Below, piece by piece: positions 1 to 12,788 of a stretch of DNA of 64,000 bases. The position numbers and the translations under genes were made by a program. The stretch lies in the NCBI GenBank assembly GCA_002633005.1, contig NMRA01000398.1, positions 8,010-72,009 of the forward strand, in the 5' to 3' direction. This DNA is from Phoronis australis (Eukaryota; Animalia; Phoronida). The notes below the pieces were generated by a model. The model was not told the origin of the DNA. It did no database searches and saw only the letters and a list, made by a program, of their open reading frames with translations. Position 1 is the stretch's first letter, and each line of letters opens with the position of its first letter.

Positions 1-653
1 CTGGTCCCTCTGCGAACTGGTCCTGTTTATATTTTCACCACGATGTACAGAATGTTTTGGTTTCTTGAAACTGTTTTCAGCTGATTCGTTTCCAGATACA
101 TTTGACGTTTTTCAATTGTGGTCAACGTGATTCAGCTTAATGAAGTGATACCTAATTGTTTATTGTCGCTTTTAATAATATACTATGAGCTGAGAGCACC
201 ATCGTTTGCCAGTTTTTCTCATAATTAGACAGAACACATGTTTATTTCCAGACTAACAGTACAGGTCTTCGTTCTTAAACAACTTGAGGCTGCTGTTACG
301 CGATCATCTGTTATTCAATGTTTTACTCCCCGTCGGGTGCTCCTTATGCTCTTGAATATTTGGTAGTTGTCTAACCCCCCACACACACCACACTTTTTCA
401 TATACGACTTTTCGTATGCTAAAAAGGTGTGTATAAGCAGATGTTCCAACAAAAATTTTTGCTGGTGGCGTAATTCATACCCAGATGTGCACAAATATGG
501 TTTCACGAAACTTGTGAGCCACGTTCATGCGACGAAATCGAGAAGGGTTTTAAATTATCTTAAGAAAAACTCAAGAGACATGTTATTAGTGCAAAAAACT
601 TACCAGGATGCATGGAAATTTCACTATTTGGCTACAAAAACAAAAAAATGGTC

Positions 654-773
654 TTACACGGAGGGGGGAAACCCCCCTCCCGACCTCCCCCCTCTCGGCG
701 CCACGTGCCTCGGATTCGACCTTTGCGGGAATCCTAAACCCCCCCCCTTACTGAAAACGTAGATCCGCCCCTG
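654..773 (-). repeat. GC-rich terminal segment of a non-autonomous DNA element (starts CAGGGGCGGATCT on minus strand)
   Basis: Minus strand reads caggggcggatctacg...ggcgccgagaggggggaggtcgggaggggggtttcccccctcc. A near-identical GGGGGAGGTTGGGAGGGGGGTTTGCCCCCTCCC block recurs at about 15350-15390. The other end was not found in the window. Confidence 0.45.
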
Positions 774-1978
774 CATAATGTTTGTAAAATTTGTCGTTGG
801 ATCCCTGAATCTGTTGAAAGATTTAATGCGTTTAGGCAGACTGCAGAATTCGTTGAAAACACGATTAAACATTTTGTTTGAAAGCTTGATACTGAGTCGC
901 TTGTGGTGTCGAAACAGTCTCCCTTCTTCAGAAGTGCAGCTATACAAGCAAAACCCGAGAGACAAAACAAGACAAAATAAATGTCTCATCATCAGGCAAT
1001 AAGTGGAATGAACATCTACGTGGCGAAATAAACAGTGAAATACACGTGACAGCGGGGAGAGGGGCATATAAGCAGAGAGTGTGAATACAACACCCGCTAG
1101 GAAGCCCACAACCCTATCGAAACAGAGCCAGCGTATGGTAGGCTTCACACCTTTGAGCTGCTCATTCAACACAGATTTTTCGTGACTGTATCAAGTTTTC
1201 AAAAAAAAAAGATTATTCGTGTTTTTAACAAAGTTTTTGTAAACAAAGGGATGCTACCGATCTATACCGATTGTAGTCTTGGTAAGTGTCTTTTTTCGTA
1301 TGACAGGATCACCCAGAAACTGTTCCAACATGTTTAGACGCAATCGGAAGTGGCCTAAAATGGCTAAGATCTCCCGCCTTGGCTTGCCTTAAAGAATCAG
1401 TGCGGTCAAACGATGCCAATTCCGTCGTTGTCGGTCTAATAAAGGGATGCAGAAGGTAATAGCACGCACTCTTTAGTCAGACAAAGTAATCTACAGTGGT
1501 GCACACACCGAAATGTCTTCTTGCTTCGCCTTTATTTCACAGTAATGCCTTGCTGTACATGAGCACGTTTCTACAGTTAGAAACAGTTATCCGAAAGCAG
1601 TGCCACACGAAGATTTTAGGTCTCCTAAGCAAAGTAATTTGATGTGACCTTGGTCGTCAAAAAGTTCATGTCCACCCGTTTCCCGGTCACCACAATGTTT
1701 CACCGACCAACCTCCAGTTATCAACTTTGTAGAGCGTTTTAACTTTGTTTATATACCCTCGATGGCGCTATAACTACATGTGCACGACATCATTTAGTGA
1801 TGGCATCGTCACTTTACAGCTGTCGACAAAGAAGGGCAGCATTGTTTCCAATGGGGAAATAGAGCCTAGTGAATCTGAGGCAAACATTAAATTACGCCAG
1901 TGGCTTTCTTCCACTCGTTCTGTGGAGTTCATCTTCCACAGACTGAAAGTCTGGTTGTTACTCAGACAGAGACATATT

Positions 1979-2290
1979 TTAAAAATATTTTGACATGGCA
2001 GCACCACTACTCGAGTGTGTCCTGAGCCATCGCAGAGTCAACAAATGGTTCGCCTTTTGTCTTTGGAAAATGAATAAGCCTTTCTGAATACATCGAATTG
2101 GTGGGCATTGATGTGAGAAGAATTGTGTAAAATGCTTGGCGTTTCGTCTCCAATAAAGTTTTCCATGAGTCTTTGTAGGAAGCAAACTCAAATATTTTCT
2201 GACAGCTAAGTAATTGTCATTAGAAAGACTAAACGTCGTAACTCTTTTACAGCTACTATCCCAAATGACGCGTATTTCCATATCAACTTG
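1979..2290 (-). pseudogene. possible decayed tyrosine-recombinase (Crypton-like) fragment
   Basis: The ORF segment DSSCKRVTTFSLSNDNYLAVRKYLSLLPTKTHGKLYWRRNAKHFTQ...HSSSGAAMSKY resembles by eye the central and C-terminal part of Crypton-type tyrosine recombinases. The catalytic HxxR motif is not clean. Confidence 0.2.
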
Positions 2291-5200
2291 AAACCTCCGA
2301 GCATGCTCCAAAAAACAGATACATAAGTGCTTTTTTTGCGAAAGAACCCACGCATTTAAATGGGAGCGTGTACTTCTGCCTGTTATGCGAAATGACGTCA
2401 TTTTGCACATGCGCCTTAGCGTACATGCTGACAATAGATAGCGTGAGGCCGCTAGAATTTTTCAAGTCCTTCGGGGCCCGATATCCAAGCTGATTCGAGA
2501 CATTTAATCTGTTTGTAGCTACGTATTTACAATACCCGTGAATAGGTATTTATAAATACTGTATACAGGCACGGAGATGCAGACAGAAACCTCGTGGAAC
2601 ATAATTTGGCCTAAATTTGACAAATAAACATTACCTGTGGTTTCTCTTAGTGCCTAATGAAAAAAACGACAACACGTGTGGTTTTTACTACGAAACAGAT
2701 CGTTTCGCGTTGTCCGAAATATAAATTTACCAACAAATCTGTATTTTTGACAAAATTCTGGTTCTTTTGCGCCATTTTGGATTCTTGAGGCCACTGCAAA
2801 TTACGTCAGCGTTCAGTCACAAACTATAGGATTTGGCTCGGAAACCCTCAGAGCTGTTTCCAACTAGGACATATTAATGGACATAATTTGCATACGGCAT
2901 GCGGTTAAAAAGCATAAAATAAATGACATTTGAAATGAACCGTCCCTGTGTTATATTTTTAAGTGGTGTTATTAAATGTCAGATCTCGATGATTTGGGAA
3001 ATGTTTTGTGAGGGTCACGCGACAAGAACGAAGGGTAATCTTTTTGTCATCCAGGTATAACTCGTACCAACGATGAATGCAGACCATTAAAATTTTCTTC
3101 AAATACTCTTGGTTGACGAAACTGTTAAGAGGGAGTCAACAAATCCATGAACAACTGATTTCTGACTGGCTGTCCGTATAATATTGTAGGCAACTCAAAG
3201 TGACTGAGTATAACCGTAAATTTCAATTTTTCCATGCACTTGTTATAGCTACAACACCTTGATAAGACGGACAGCTTCCTATAATTTGGCGCACCTGGTG
3301 AAAAATGACTGCTTTCCAAAACAATTACGCAAACTGGTGGCTACAACAGGAGAGATTCTAAGTCAAGACAGTGACTTGACAATCAGGTAATAATACATCA
3401 TAATGTTAAGTTTATGCAGGAATTTTAAAACAAATATTTACAGCACTGTCATCTAGAAGTCGAAAGCCTCCAAGCCTTAATACAAGTCTGTCATTGTATG
3501 AACTACGTGACTGTAGTTTTTGAATGTAAAATTCAAGAAAACAGAAAGATACATTCACAACAAAAAACCAAATCCAAAATATTTGATATAAATATGCAAG
3601 GGGAAATCTCAAAAATGTTGTTTCAGTTTACTAAAAATGTCATTTCTTTACATAATTTTTTGTAAAATCATACAAGCCCTATTCTTGATATCTTCTCATA
3701 CAAAAGTGTGACATTTCAAAAACAATTTCCAACACCGTTTCATCCGATTTGATCATCTGCCATGGCTATGGCATGAAGTTGGAAAAAATGTTGACGTTTT
3801 TCTTGTGTCCTGCTGCACAACCCTTTAACGGCACGAGACTCTTGCATGCACTGAAGTACTTCAAACAGAAGTATTGTTTCGTTGTACCATTAACCACTAT
3901 ATAAAAACGGAGTATCAATTAAATATTAAAAACACTGCATGTTGTTAGTAAAGTATTCCAACGGAGCACAAACATAGGCTCGTCAAGCTGACGGCTATCT
4001 TGCCTTGAACGCATTACCCTAACCAACAAACTGCCCCCAGTCTTATGCAATTAACTACCATTATTGCTTTGGAGTCGAGACCTCATCCTTTACCTTGTCA
4101 GCGGTATTCAGAAACTTTGGCTACAGACATTAAGAGAACCAGTGTCATATGTTGAAATTGTAGAACAGATACAATATCCTTAGTTTTGGTTTTAGTTGTG
4201 CCTATTCGAATTCTACTCCATGTTATTCTCTCCCGATTTAGTTGGGGAGTATTTCTGCAGAATTTAAATCTACCCTCTCAAAGGGTGTGTTTTACGTTGT
4301 TTACATAATCATATCACACTATGTAATATATACCTGGCATATCACATGATTTGCCAGTATCAAAATATGTCTTTTGGCATAGATATAAAGGTTAAAACGT
4401 GGCAGGGAGGCAGTATTTTAGCGAAGAAATGTACCACTGCTGGGTGTTTTCGACCCTAATGTGTAACACCTCCGTGCTACATCATATCTGTACATTATTT
4501 TTCCAGAACTAACGGTGACGTCATTGCTTGTGTCGTAGGAGCTGCAAATGACGCAGGAATCAGACATGGAAGCAGTGAACATAAAGTTCGATAGAAGTAA
4601 ACGTGCACTTACAGAATTGATTTTTTTTTTCAAGGATAGACCATGGACAACAATAGTAGACAACTCAAAACACACACTATATCAGTATATTGCATGTGAG
4701 GTAAAGCGGCTAAGAATTTTTATGTACAAAATGAATTTCGACTGAAAGCGTAGGTTATGAGAGGGCTGGACAAAAGAAACACGTGCAGCTGAGAGACGAG
4801 TGTAAACCATATTGGCCTGCTCTCTAGGCATAGGCCGCCGAAATGTTTTCCTATTCGCAAATCAGCTTGTTGCAACGTGATTGGTCAGCTCATGGTGTAG
4901 TTATGGAAAAAAATGACAGTGTGGACATTTTAAAAATAAATTCCAAATGTTTAAAGCAGAGTCATGCCCATGACTTAGAACGAGACTATATATTTACTGT
5001 AAGGCTCAAACAAATAAAACAAATCTTTTAGTATGCTTTGAATTGAGCTGTATCACTACAGTGTGATGGCATATACACAGACGAGGATGGGAATCGAGTG
5101 CCTGCACTTTTACTTTTACCATTCTATACAAAAGGACGTTGGACTCTTGAGGTCATGTACACTGTAGGACCTAATCGAAAAGTCCGTGAATTCGTCCATA

Positions 5201-5536
5201 TATATACAAAAACATTTATCTTAACTTAAGCAAAAGCTTTCTGAAAGCATAAAGGCTGTAAAATTTGTTTTTTGACTTCCAATTGGTCTGCCAGTACTTG
5301 GGTTACGTGACCATATCTTCTCAGTAAAAAAAGAAGGTGCATTCACACCAAAATAACGATATCAACAACATTACATAATTTCTTTGATATAAAAATTCAA
5401 GGCGAAATCTCAAACATTACTTTATTTTTTCATAAAAACCACGCGTTAGCCCTTCATTCGAAAGTGGATCATTTTTAAAACAATTCCTAACAGAGTGTGT
5501 AAACCAGAGTATCTAAAAGTTGCACAATCCAACTAG

Positions 5537-5624
5537 CCATTTCTGAGACACGATGTCCCGAATTAGCCAAATTTAGGAAATGTCCAAGTCTGGCTAATTT
5601 CGAAACACCATATCTCGGAAATGG
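5537..5624. repeat. core of an imperfect palindrome (old foldback/MITE) centred near 5580
   Basis: ccatttctgagacacgatgtcccgaattagccaaattt pairs with the reverse complement of agtctggctaatttcgaaacaccatatctcggaaatgg. Weaker symmetry extends to about 5390-5780. Related arm sequence occurs at about 23315-23480. Confidence 0.55.
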
Positions 5625-6566
5625 ATGATGGGATTCTTATAAAACTTCCAGATAAACTGTAGTATGGTTTATCCACTATTTTCAATTACGCAGTTAGGTT
5701 TTTCAAAATGTTCCGTTATTGCATGAGGACTATCAAACTGGAAAGTTTACGATTTTCTGAAAAAATCGGAAATTGCATAAAACGAAAACAATTTGACACT
5801 TTAATTACAACGTTCTTTACGAATATTATTGGAAAGTTTAATAGGTAGTCATTTTGACGCCATGCATGCGTCATCTACTGCCATGACATGCCACTACCAA
5901 ACATCCGAGTAAGGATGTTACATGATTTAACCCAAATGATTTTTTGAGATATGATATTTCGATATTTATCAAATTTGGACGTTTTTTAAGATCCTACACG
6001 CACCTAACATTCATGGGCTTCGTCTGAAACAATGGCGACCTATCAATTCTGTACATGGCTATAAATAACGAATAATACGAATTCGATTTTAAAACAATAA
6101 GTGACCGTTCCCAAAGGTTGACTTTTGACAGGCGTCCTATCGTTACAAACTGTTTAATATTATTATTTCAGAATATTTTTTATTATAACACATTTTCGGT
6201 TTATATCCAAGTATTTTTTATGATCTATAATACAACTATAGACTCTACACTAGCTAAGATGGCATCCATTCATAAAAAGCAATACGCAAAAAACAGTGAC
6301 TGAAGTGTTCTATGCTAATTGGTGAAAGCGTTGTTCGACTACGCAGAGGTGAACTTTGCAGGGGACATGATTGCAGCCACAGGGAAGAATTTAGCAATGG
6401 TCTATGGTACGTTGTTGTTAATGAATTGTAGTGCCAAGGATTTTTCACGAGGTTAGCGCGAGAAAAATCGAACGATCCTCTTTCTGGAAGTCTGGCTAAC
6501 TGAACTCGCTCACGGAACAACATACCAATTAGATTAGCTCATATAATTTTTATTACCTTAAACTCA

Positions 6567-9500
6567 TTACAATTTCAGCTCTTTTCTGAGGCGACTGACA
6601 ACTAAATCGAAAGGGATGGGATCCTTTCCAAACTCCTCGAAATACGAGTTAACTTGTTCATCAAGATTGCCTGTTTCCCCGTGAAGTGTCCTAAGAACTG
6701 CCTCCAGTTCAGCTCGATCAAGCTTTTGGTCCGTGTTATTGTCGGCATCCGCACAGAACAGATAGAGCGGCAGAACCCTGCAAATGATGGTATATGATTG
6801 ATTGACTCGACTTAGGTAGCCCATTCTTATGATTTGGCTTTTACTTAATAGACGGCTGTGCATGCTGCCTCACTTGTTAGGTCAAGGCTGTGTCTCTCAA
6901 TAAATGATAAGGTGTCCAATATTGTGACTCTCATTTTCATATCATACATTTGGTAAGTGCACTTAGAATAAGCAGTAACGAAAATATAATGCTTTAAAAC
7001 TAAAACTGCTATAATAAGAACAAAAGAATAAGAATAAGAACAACGAGAACGAGAACGCGAACAAGAACAACGAGAACGAGAACAAGAACAATGAGAAAGA
7101 GAACGTGAACGACAAGGACAAGAACTAGGACAACAACAAGGAAAACGACAATGAAACGACAACACTAGGATTAATAGCAACACCTACTACTGCGGATTTT
7201 GAAAGTCTTGTGAAATTGTTTTAAGCAACCACGATATTCGTCAGATTGCATAGAGTTTCATGTTTGTAGCTTTTGCTCAGTACTTCCTCTAACATGAATG
7301 CCTCCCACACTGTCACCACTAGAATGCCGTTGTTTTCAAAATCTCTTTTTCAACCATCACTGTCATCATCACCACCTTCACCACCGCCAGCTGGAATACC
7401 CCACCACCCCAATGTTATATTTTTATGCATTTGTTGTATTCGCAACCATGACGTAGAAAAGAAACAGTGTAAACATCAACCCTGCAGCCGTCAGGTGTAA
7501 ATACGCAAGCGTATGTTTATAAAGAACATGCACCTTCCATTAACACTGGAATCGGCTAGACTCTAGTCTCACACAATGTTATAATTATATCCACTTGTGA
7601 AATATGTGCGACAAACGCACTGTAAGTTTTACTGAATAAAGGCACAAGTACTATATGTTTGTATCGTGGACGTTGGCCGTGGCGCGAATTGAAGCTGAAT
7701 AGATCATAAAGTACGTCGTCTGCTAATCATGGTCGGAAATTTTGTGGTCGGATAGCATTGCCAAATGTACTCACGATACCAAGACTTCTACTACTGGAAG
7801 ACTTCGAGAATCGAGATTGAGAACAGAAAGCAGTTCACTAGCAAGCGGATATTCGTGCCTTGAGAGACTCGAATGGTTTCCTAGAGTGCAGGCATTTCTG
7901 CACGGAAGCCGCTTGCTTGATTTGCAACTCTGATATTCGAACTTTCTTCTACTACTGACGGCGTTGGTGGCTATCCACATAGACAAAGACGTACAAGAGC
8001 TACGTATAAAAACAGATGACACCAAATACGCAACAACTATTACAACTTCACCAATAGCAGTCCACCATGGGTTTGTTTCATGAAAAGTGTCTCAAGATTA
8101 AGTCAGAAACTTGATCTTACGGTATACTTCCGACCAAGACATGCGCATTGATACCCAAACACGGAATTCCGTGTGTCGTTCACCATGTTTCCACAGGGCC
8201 ACCTTTAAGCATACATGGCGCTGTGTCAGAGTGTAAAACTTCGGATTGATCTCTCTAAGCCATAATTCATCGAGGTCTTAGGACCAATCAGATGTCTCAA
8301 CCGGCAAACAGGCCGACAAAATTCAGTGATTACGTCAGTACTACATGTACAAACACAGATGTTATCTATCAACAGTACACATACTCTCTGACTGCTTCGT
8401 CAACTCCATCAGCATATGCTTTGAACTCCTCCCAGCTGAGTTGCCTGTTGCAATCCGTGTCATGCTCCTTAAACCACTCCTGTAAGAAAAAAGGCGAAAC
8501 TTGAATTATGGATGTGTATATTGTACATTTTCGTAAACAGTTCATTAGTCATCGTTCAAAAATTTGCAATTTTTAGAGTTTTGATGGCAAAGTCATGTTG
8601 GAAGCGACCAACCGAGCTCAAAGTGTTTACATTTGTTTTCCCTTTCATCGTTGCTTCGGTAACCAGACGTTTTAATAACCAAGGTCAACAATTTCAGGTT
8701 TAAGAGATAAGTCATGTTAGAAGCAGGCACCCATACCAGGAGAATGAAGAGTTATCCTTTGTTGAAGGTTCGTTACCTCGGTAAGGTCTCGCTTATGCGG
8801 ACGAGCTTAGTCTTTATGGTCCCTACTCTTACAGTTCAGGGTATAACGTGATGGGTCCGGGCGATCTATCTCCAGGGACCATGTGGGAATTGATGGCAAT
8901 GAAAATGCACAAAAATAGGATATTGCGTTCTTCATTGTGTCCCTGAATTTGCTATCCCGATACGCCACGGATGCAGCAAGACGAGTGTGCCCGACCAACG
9001 AGAACTTTCCCAATGTGATCAAGGCTAAAGGTTCAAAAACCTTCGTAATCTTGACAGGTTGGGCAAAGACATGCATTCAAATTTTGACAGGTTACTGCAA
9101 TCTAGTTCGGCACAGACACATCACAGGCCATATGGGTAGACCAGTGTGTCCTGAGTGTGTTTCTTATGTTGAAACCCATAAACTTCTGTTTTGCCCACCA
9201 TTTTGTAACCCAAGGAGCAAGCTACTGGTACTATTACATACCTATATGGACCAATGGAAAAGTCTGTCTATTTTCTTAAAAGAGTTGGGCAGACTTGAGA
9301 CAAAAATTCTATCGCAAAAAACCTGTTGATCGATTGCAAAGCTCTTGCGAGTTTTAGCTGGAAAGTTTCAAACAGTGGGCCCATCAATGAAGTCTGTGCA
9401 CGTCCGGTACCGCAAAAGACAAATGGTAATACCCAGTTTCAAAACCATGCGTCAATATTCCCCAGACAAATTCCTCAACCACCAAATCCCACCGTTGTTT

Positions 9501-11943
9501 TTCAAATGCACTCAGGCCTAAGTCGGCATTCAAATAAATACAGACACTATCCCGGCTAGCCACTACTCAGTTCTTAAACAAAGCTGAAGGGCTATCGGAG
9601 AGCTTTTCACCTATTACTAAAATGGACATAAACTAAAAGAATGGGAGGAAAATACAGTATGCTGGTACTGACCAAATCAAATTCTATTGACATGTGAAGG
9701 AAACCGCAAACGATTATACCGATTTAAGGATTGGTTAACCGACTATATGCCGGTGAGCGTTCACTTTAGGCGAGAATTGCGAAAACACAAGAACTCGCAA
9801 AACTTAGCGAGATATCACCATGTCATTACAAACGAAGCACAAGGTCACACTAGCGTATTTATTGCGAAATTTAATACTGCGTCTGGGAAACTCTATCCAT
9901 CAGTATTTTCTGACATAAAAGCGGTACGTGTACGTCACCTCTGTTAAAGCATAGACTATAGTACATGGACCCCCAACTTTCAATGGACGAAATCTGTGCT
10001 GTTCCACACAACGTTACGTAATTATTCACTAGCGACATCTGGCCAAATTATCTGGTGTAATTTACATCGTCTGCTAGTTTTGGTCGGCTGTTGTGTGGTC
10101 AGGTGGTAGTAGCATTGGTAAAAGTACTCAAGATACCAACAGTTCTACCATTTTACGATTTTGAACAGCGTCTAAATGCCGAAATTTTTATTTTGTTTTC
10201 ATTGTACTAGACAGTAAAATAGATGCAAGAATTTCCCGTCACAATACACAACCGGAAAATAAACCAGATAATTTAGGAGAGTGGCGCCGCCTCTAGGATA
10301 GTACTGAAGAAAATGTCGGAATTGCGAATCTGTTGTCTATAACCTATACTTAAGGTAAACCATTGTCTAAAAGGAAGCTGGCCAACAGGAAGCGAGCGCC
10401 GTTTGAACAATAACATTGCAGCTCTATTAAATAGTTAATTTCATCAGTTTTTGGCCACAGTAAGATTAAATACGGACAATTGCCGCACAAATAAAAAGTA
10501 CCAGTCAGGTAACATCCATGTAGTGAAATGAGAGTAGCAAGAAATACTGGGAATAGTGAGTAGGTCATCATAGTTGCAACTAGTTGCAACTATGGTGATG
10601 ACCTACCTACTGACTGGTATGTCGACACTTGCTGTCTTACTGTACATAATTATCCTGATGATGTCTAATGAACAGACGAAACGTTGAATGAACATGAACC
10701 GTTTTATTTGTGCAGCAATTGTCCGTTTTTAATGTTAAATAGTTGTCTTGCGAAGCGAAGTAGTGGTAACACACAAAAGGTAACTCCTTACCGTTGTCAG
10801 AAGTTAGTTAATTGGCAGAACTGACCTTGATACTCTGTTCCGCGCTTTTGGGTGTATTCTTCAAAACCTCTTCTAGTGACAACGAATTGTCTTTGTTGAG
10901 ATCCCTCTTGTTGAAGAACATTCTCAGCAACTCAGTCTGTTAAGAGTACACATACGTTGGAAGCTATCACTGTCAAACTCATTCGAAACAATTTGTCATT
11001 TTCTGCACTACATTATAATTTACATATTAAGCCTAAGCAATAATGTTCTCTTCAACTCGGATCTTCGTCTTTTCTAATGGAATTTCAAAGAACTATTACA
11101 ATTTATCACGCAGGCGCATGCATTGAACATTAAATTCCTTGTTTCTAATGTAGCCATTCACATCTGACTTCAAGGCACGCCGCCCATATGTACACGAGCG
11201 ATTAATTGGTGAATTTTTAAGCACACTAAGACCCCCGTCCACTTTTTGATTGTTTAATACTTGAAACATCACTCGTATCTAGAAAACGCAGTGTTTAAGC
11301 ATTAATGAACCCTATTATTCTTACCTTGAAGTATTGAATATTTTTTCGACGTTATGTTTTTCATAATTCCTTAAAATTTGCCCCGGGCTAAAGCTTGTTA
11401 CCCAAACAAGCCCAGCGTATTGTCAAAAGCACGCGCTTCAACGCAATACAAAAAAAACGCACTGAGAGTGGCGTAGATGAAGTAATATCCCACGAGACAT
11501 TATTCCGCGTACCAACGCGGAATAATGTCAATTGGGGTAATTCTTCATGTACGCCACTCGAGGTACGTTTGGTATTTATCCCATACTCTTTGAATTCTTA
11601 AGTTTCTTTCATTTTTGGGCAGATTTTTTAAACACTTCACCCAGACTGTTCACTTGTATGACTTAACCGTTATGTTACAAGTTTTCTCTAGTAGTAGAAA
11701 TAGTTTTAAATGCAACCATTTACGACTTGAAAACTAGTATAATGACAATAATAGGAGATACAACTTTAAAAGTACGTACAAGAACAACGACCTGCATAAC
11801 AATGCGCATGCGTAAATATTCCTCATTACCATTGCAGATTGTAACTTTGAAAACCTGTTTCCTAATGATATAACTTCAACAGATGTTCCTGTGACTGTGG
11901 ATGAGATTTCAGTAGAGTTACTTACGCGCAAACACTCCGACAT
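6567..11943 (-). CDS. small EF-hand calcium-binding protein, paralog A (144 aa, 4 coding exons)
   Basis: Exons 11926-11943 (MSECLR, gtaagt), 10826-10936, 8385-8479 and 6567-6777. All introns are GT-AG and phase-compatible (0,0,2). EF loops are DLNKDNSLSLEE, DTDCNRQLSWEE and DNNTDQKLDRAE. Minus-strand AATAAA at 6549-6554. Exon sizes 18/111/95 match the paralog at 20243-28023. Confidence 0.88.
7010..7165. repeat. degenerate hexamer simple repeat (GAACAA/GAACGA)n
   Basis: Directly visible, e.g. gaacaacgagaacgagaacgcgaacaagaacaacgagaacgagaacaag. Intronic. Confidence 0.85.
8850..9329 (+). mobile_element. 5'-truncated, decayed non-LTR retrotransposon (RNase H-bearing I/LOA/R1-type ORF2 C-terminus)
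   Basis: HVGIDGNENA at 8880-8909 matches the RNase H motif H.GI.GNE.A. It is followed by IQILTGYCNLVRHRHITGHMGRPVCPECVSYVETHKLLFCPPF...IFLKELGRL, the typical terminal zinc-knuckle region. Stops and frameshifts are present. Confidence 0.7.
10465..10733. repeat. rearranged inverted repeat centred at 10581-10582
   Basis: Central palindrome gtaggtcatcatagttgcaactagttgcaactatggtgatgacctac. Outer arms ttaaatacggacaattgccgcacaaataaaa (about 10467-10497) and ttttatttgtgcagcaattgtccgtttttaa (about 10702-10732). Confidence 0.8.
10650..10690 (+). ncRNA. minimal type I hammerhead ribozyme-like motif (probably degenerate)
   Basis: CTGATGA (10655-10661), T, GTCT-aatgaac-AGAC (helix II), GAAA, then CGTT with palindromic ACGT as helix III. 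Helix I is weak. Confidence 0.5.
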
Positions 11944-12159
11944 CGTTCTTATTCTGCAAAACTGAAATCAAACAGAGAAATAGCGGAGAATCGGAAATCG
12001 TTCAGAATCGTCAGCTGAAAGAACGGAAGGTTATTGCTGAATTCAAGTTTCGTTTTTTTAATTCTGAGTTCCGTTTGCTTGGTGTGTTTATCCGGAGCGT
12101 TTTGCTCAGGCTCTGAACTCACTCCACAACGGTAGGTCAATTAGAATGCTAGTGCCCAG

Positions 12160-12169
12160 TTTTTTTATA
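12160..12169 (-). promoter_or_regulatory. candidate TATA box of EF-hand paralog A
   Basis: TATAAAAAAA on the minus strand, followed about 45 bp downstream by a gtgagt donor (near 12122). Acceptors lie just upstream of ATG 11943. This is consistent with a short non-coding first exon. Confidence 0.45.
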
Positions 12170-12788
12170 AAACTCGACCCAGGGTGGTGACACCATCTGT
12201 GTACCAGGCCAGAGACTATGCTGTTCTTCAATGGAAGAATTTATGGAAATGTAGGCGTTTCTTTGGCAAATGTAAGTCGATTTTGACCAAAACACACCGT
12301 TGTGGTTTACATAAGGTAATTTATATATCCACTCACACACACCAGACGGCTTATCACTGCCGAAAATCAAACGTCAAGCCTAAACGTAAACACAACCGCT
12401 ACATACCTTCTGCAGTACGCTACTCTAACTTACGGACGCAGGATTTCAGACACTGAGCGGAATGAGGCACTCGTTGCTTAACAGATCACGTAGGCTTATT
12501 AACAGAAATCGAAAACGAATGCCTCGTCTAACTTGTAAAAATAAAATAATCCTCTTTAACCTTCACCAACTCTCAAAAGTTTAGAGCAAACTTGAAAACT
12601 CTTTGCACAATCTGCTAAGCCAGCACGGCATGATGCATAGAATCGATTTTTGAATCATGCTGTTATCATACAAATGAGAGACCAACTGGTGCAATAGCAG
12701 GGGTCTGAGCGAGGATTGGTTGAAATCACCAAAGCGGGATTTAATATTGCGTGACGGCTTTGCAACACGTGCGAATGGCGCAGCCCCC

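Noticed and set aside
1065-1290. TATA-like box, ATG and gtaagt donor on the plus strand
   Set aside because: No downstream exon could be joined.
6845-7183. Cys/Ser/Arg-rich ORF with a hydrophobic start
   Set aside because: It is the translation of the GAACAA/GAACGA simple repeat inside an intron.
11322-11365. Alternative first exon MKNITSKKYSILQ for EF-hand paralog A
   Set aside because: Its donor is phase 1 while the next exon needs phase 0. Exon 11926-11943 fits the phase and the paralog's 18-bp size.
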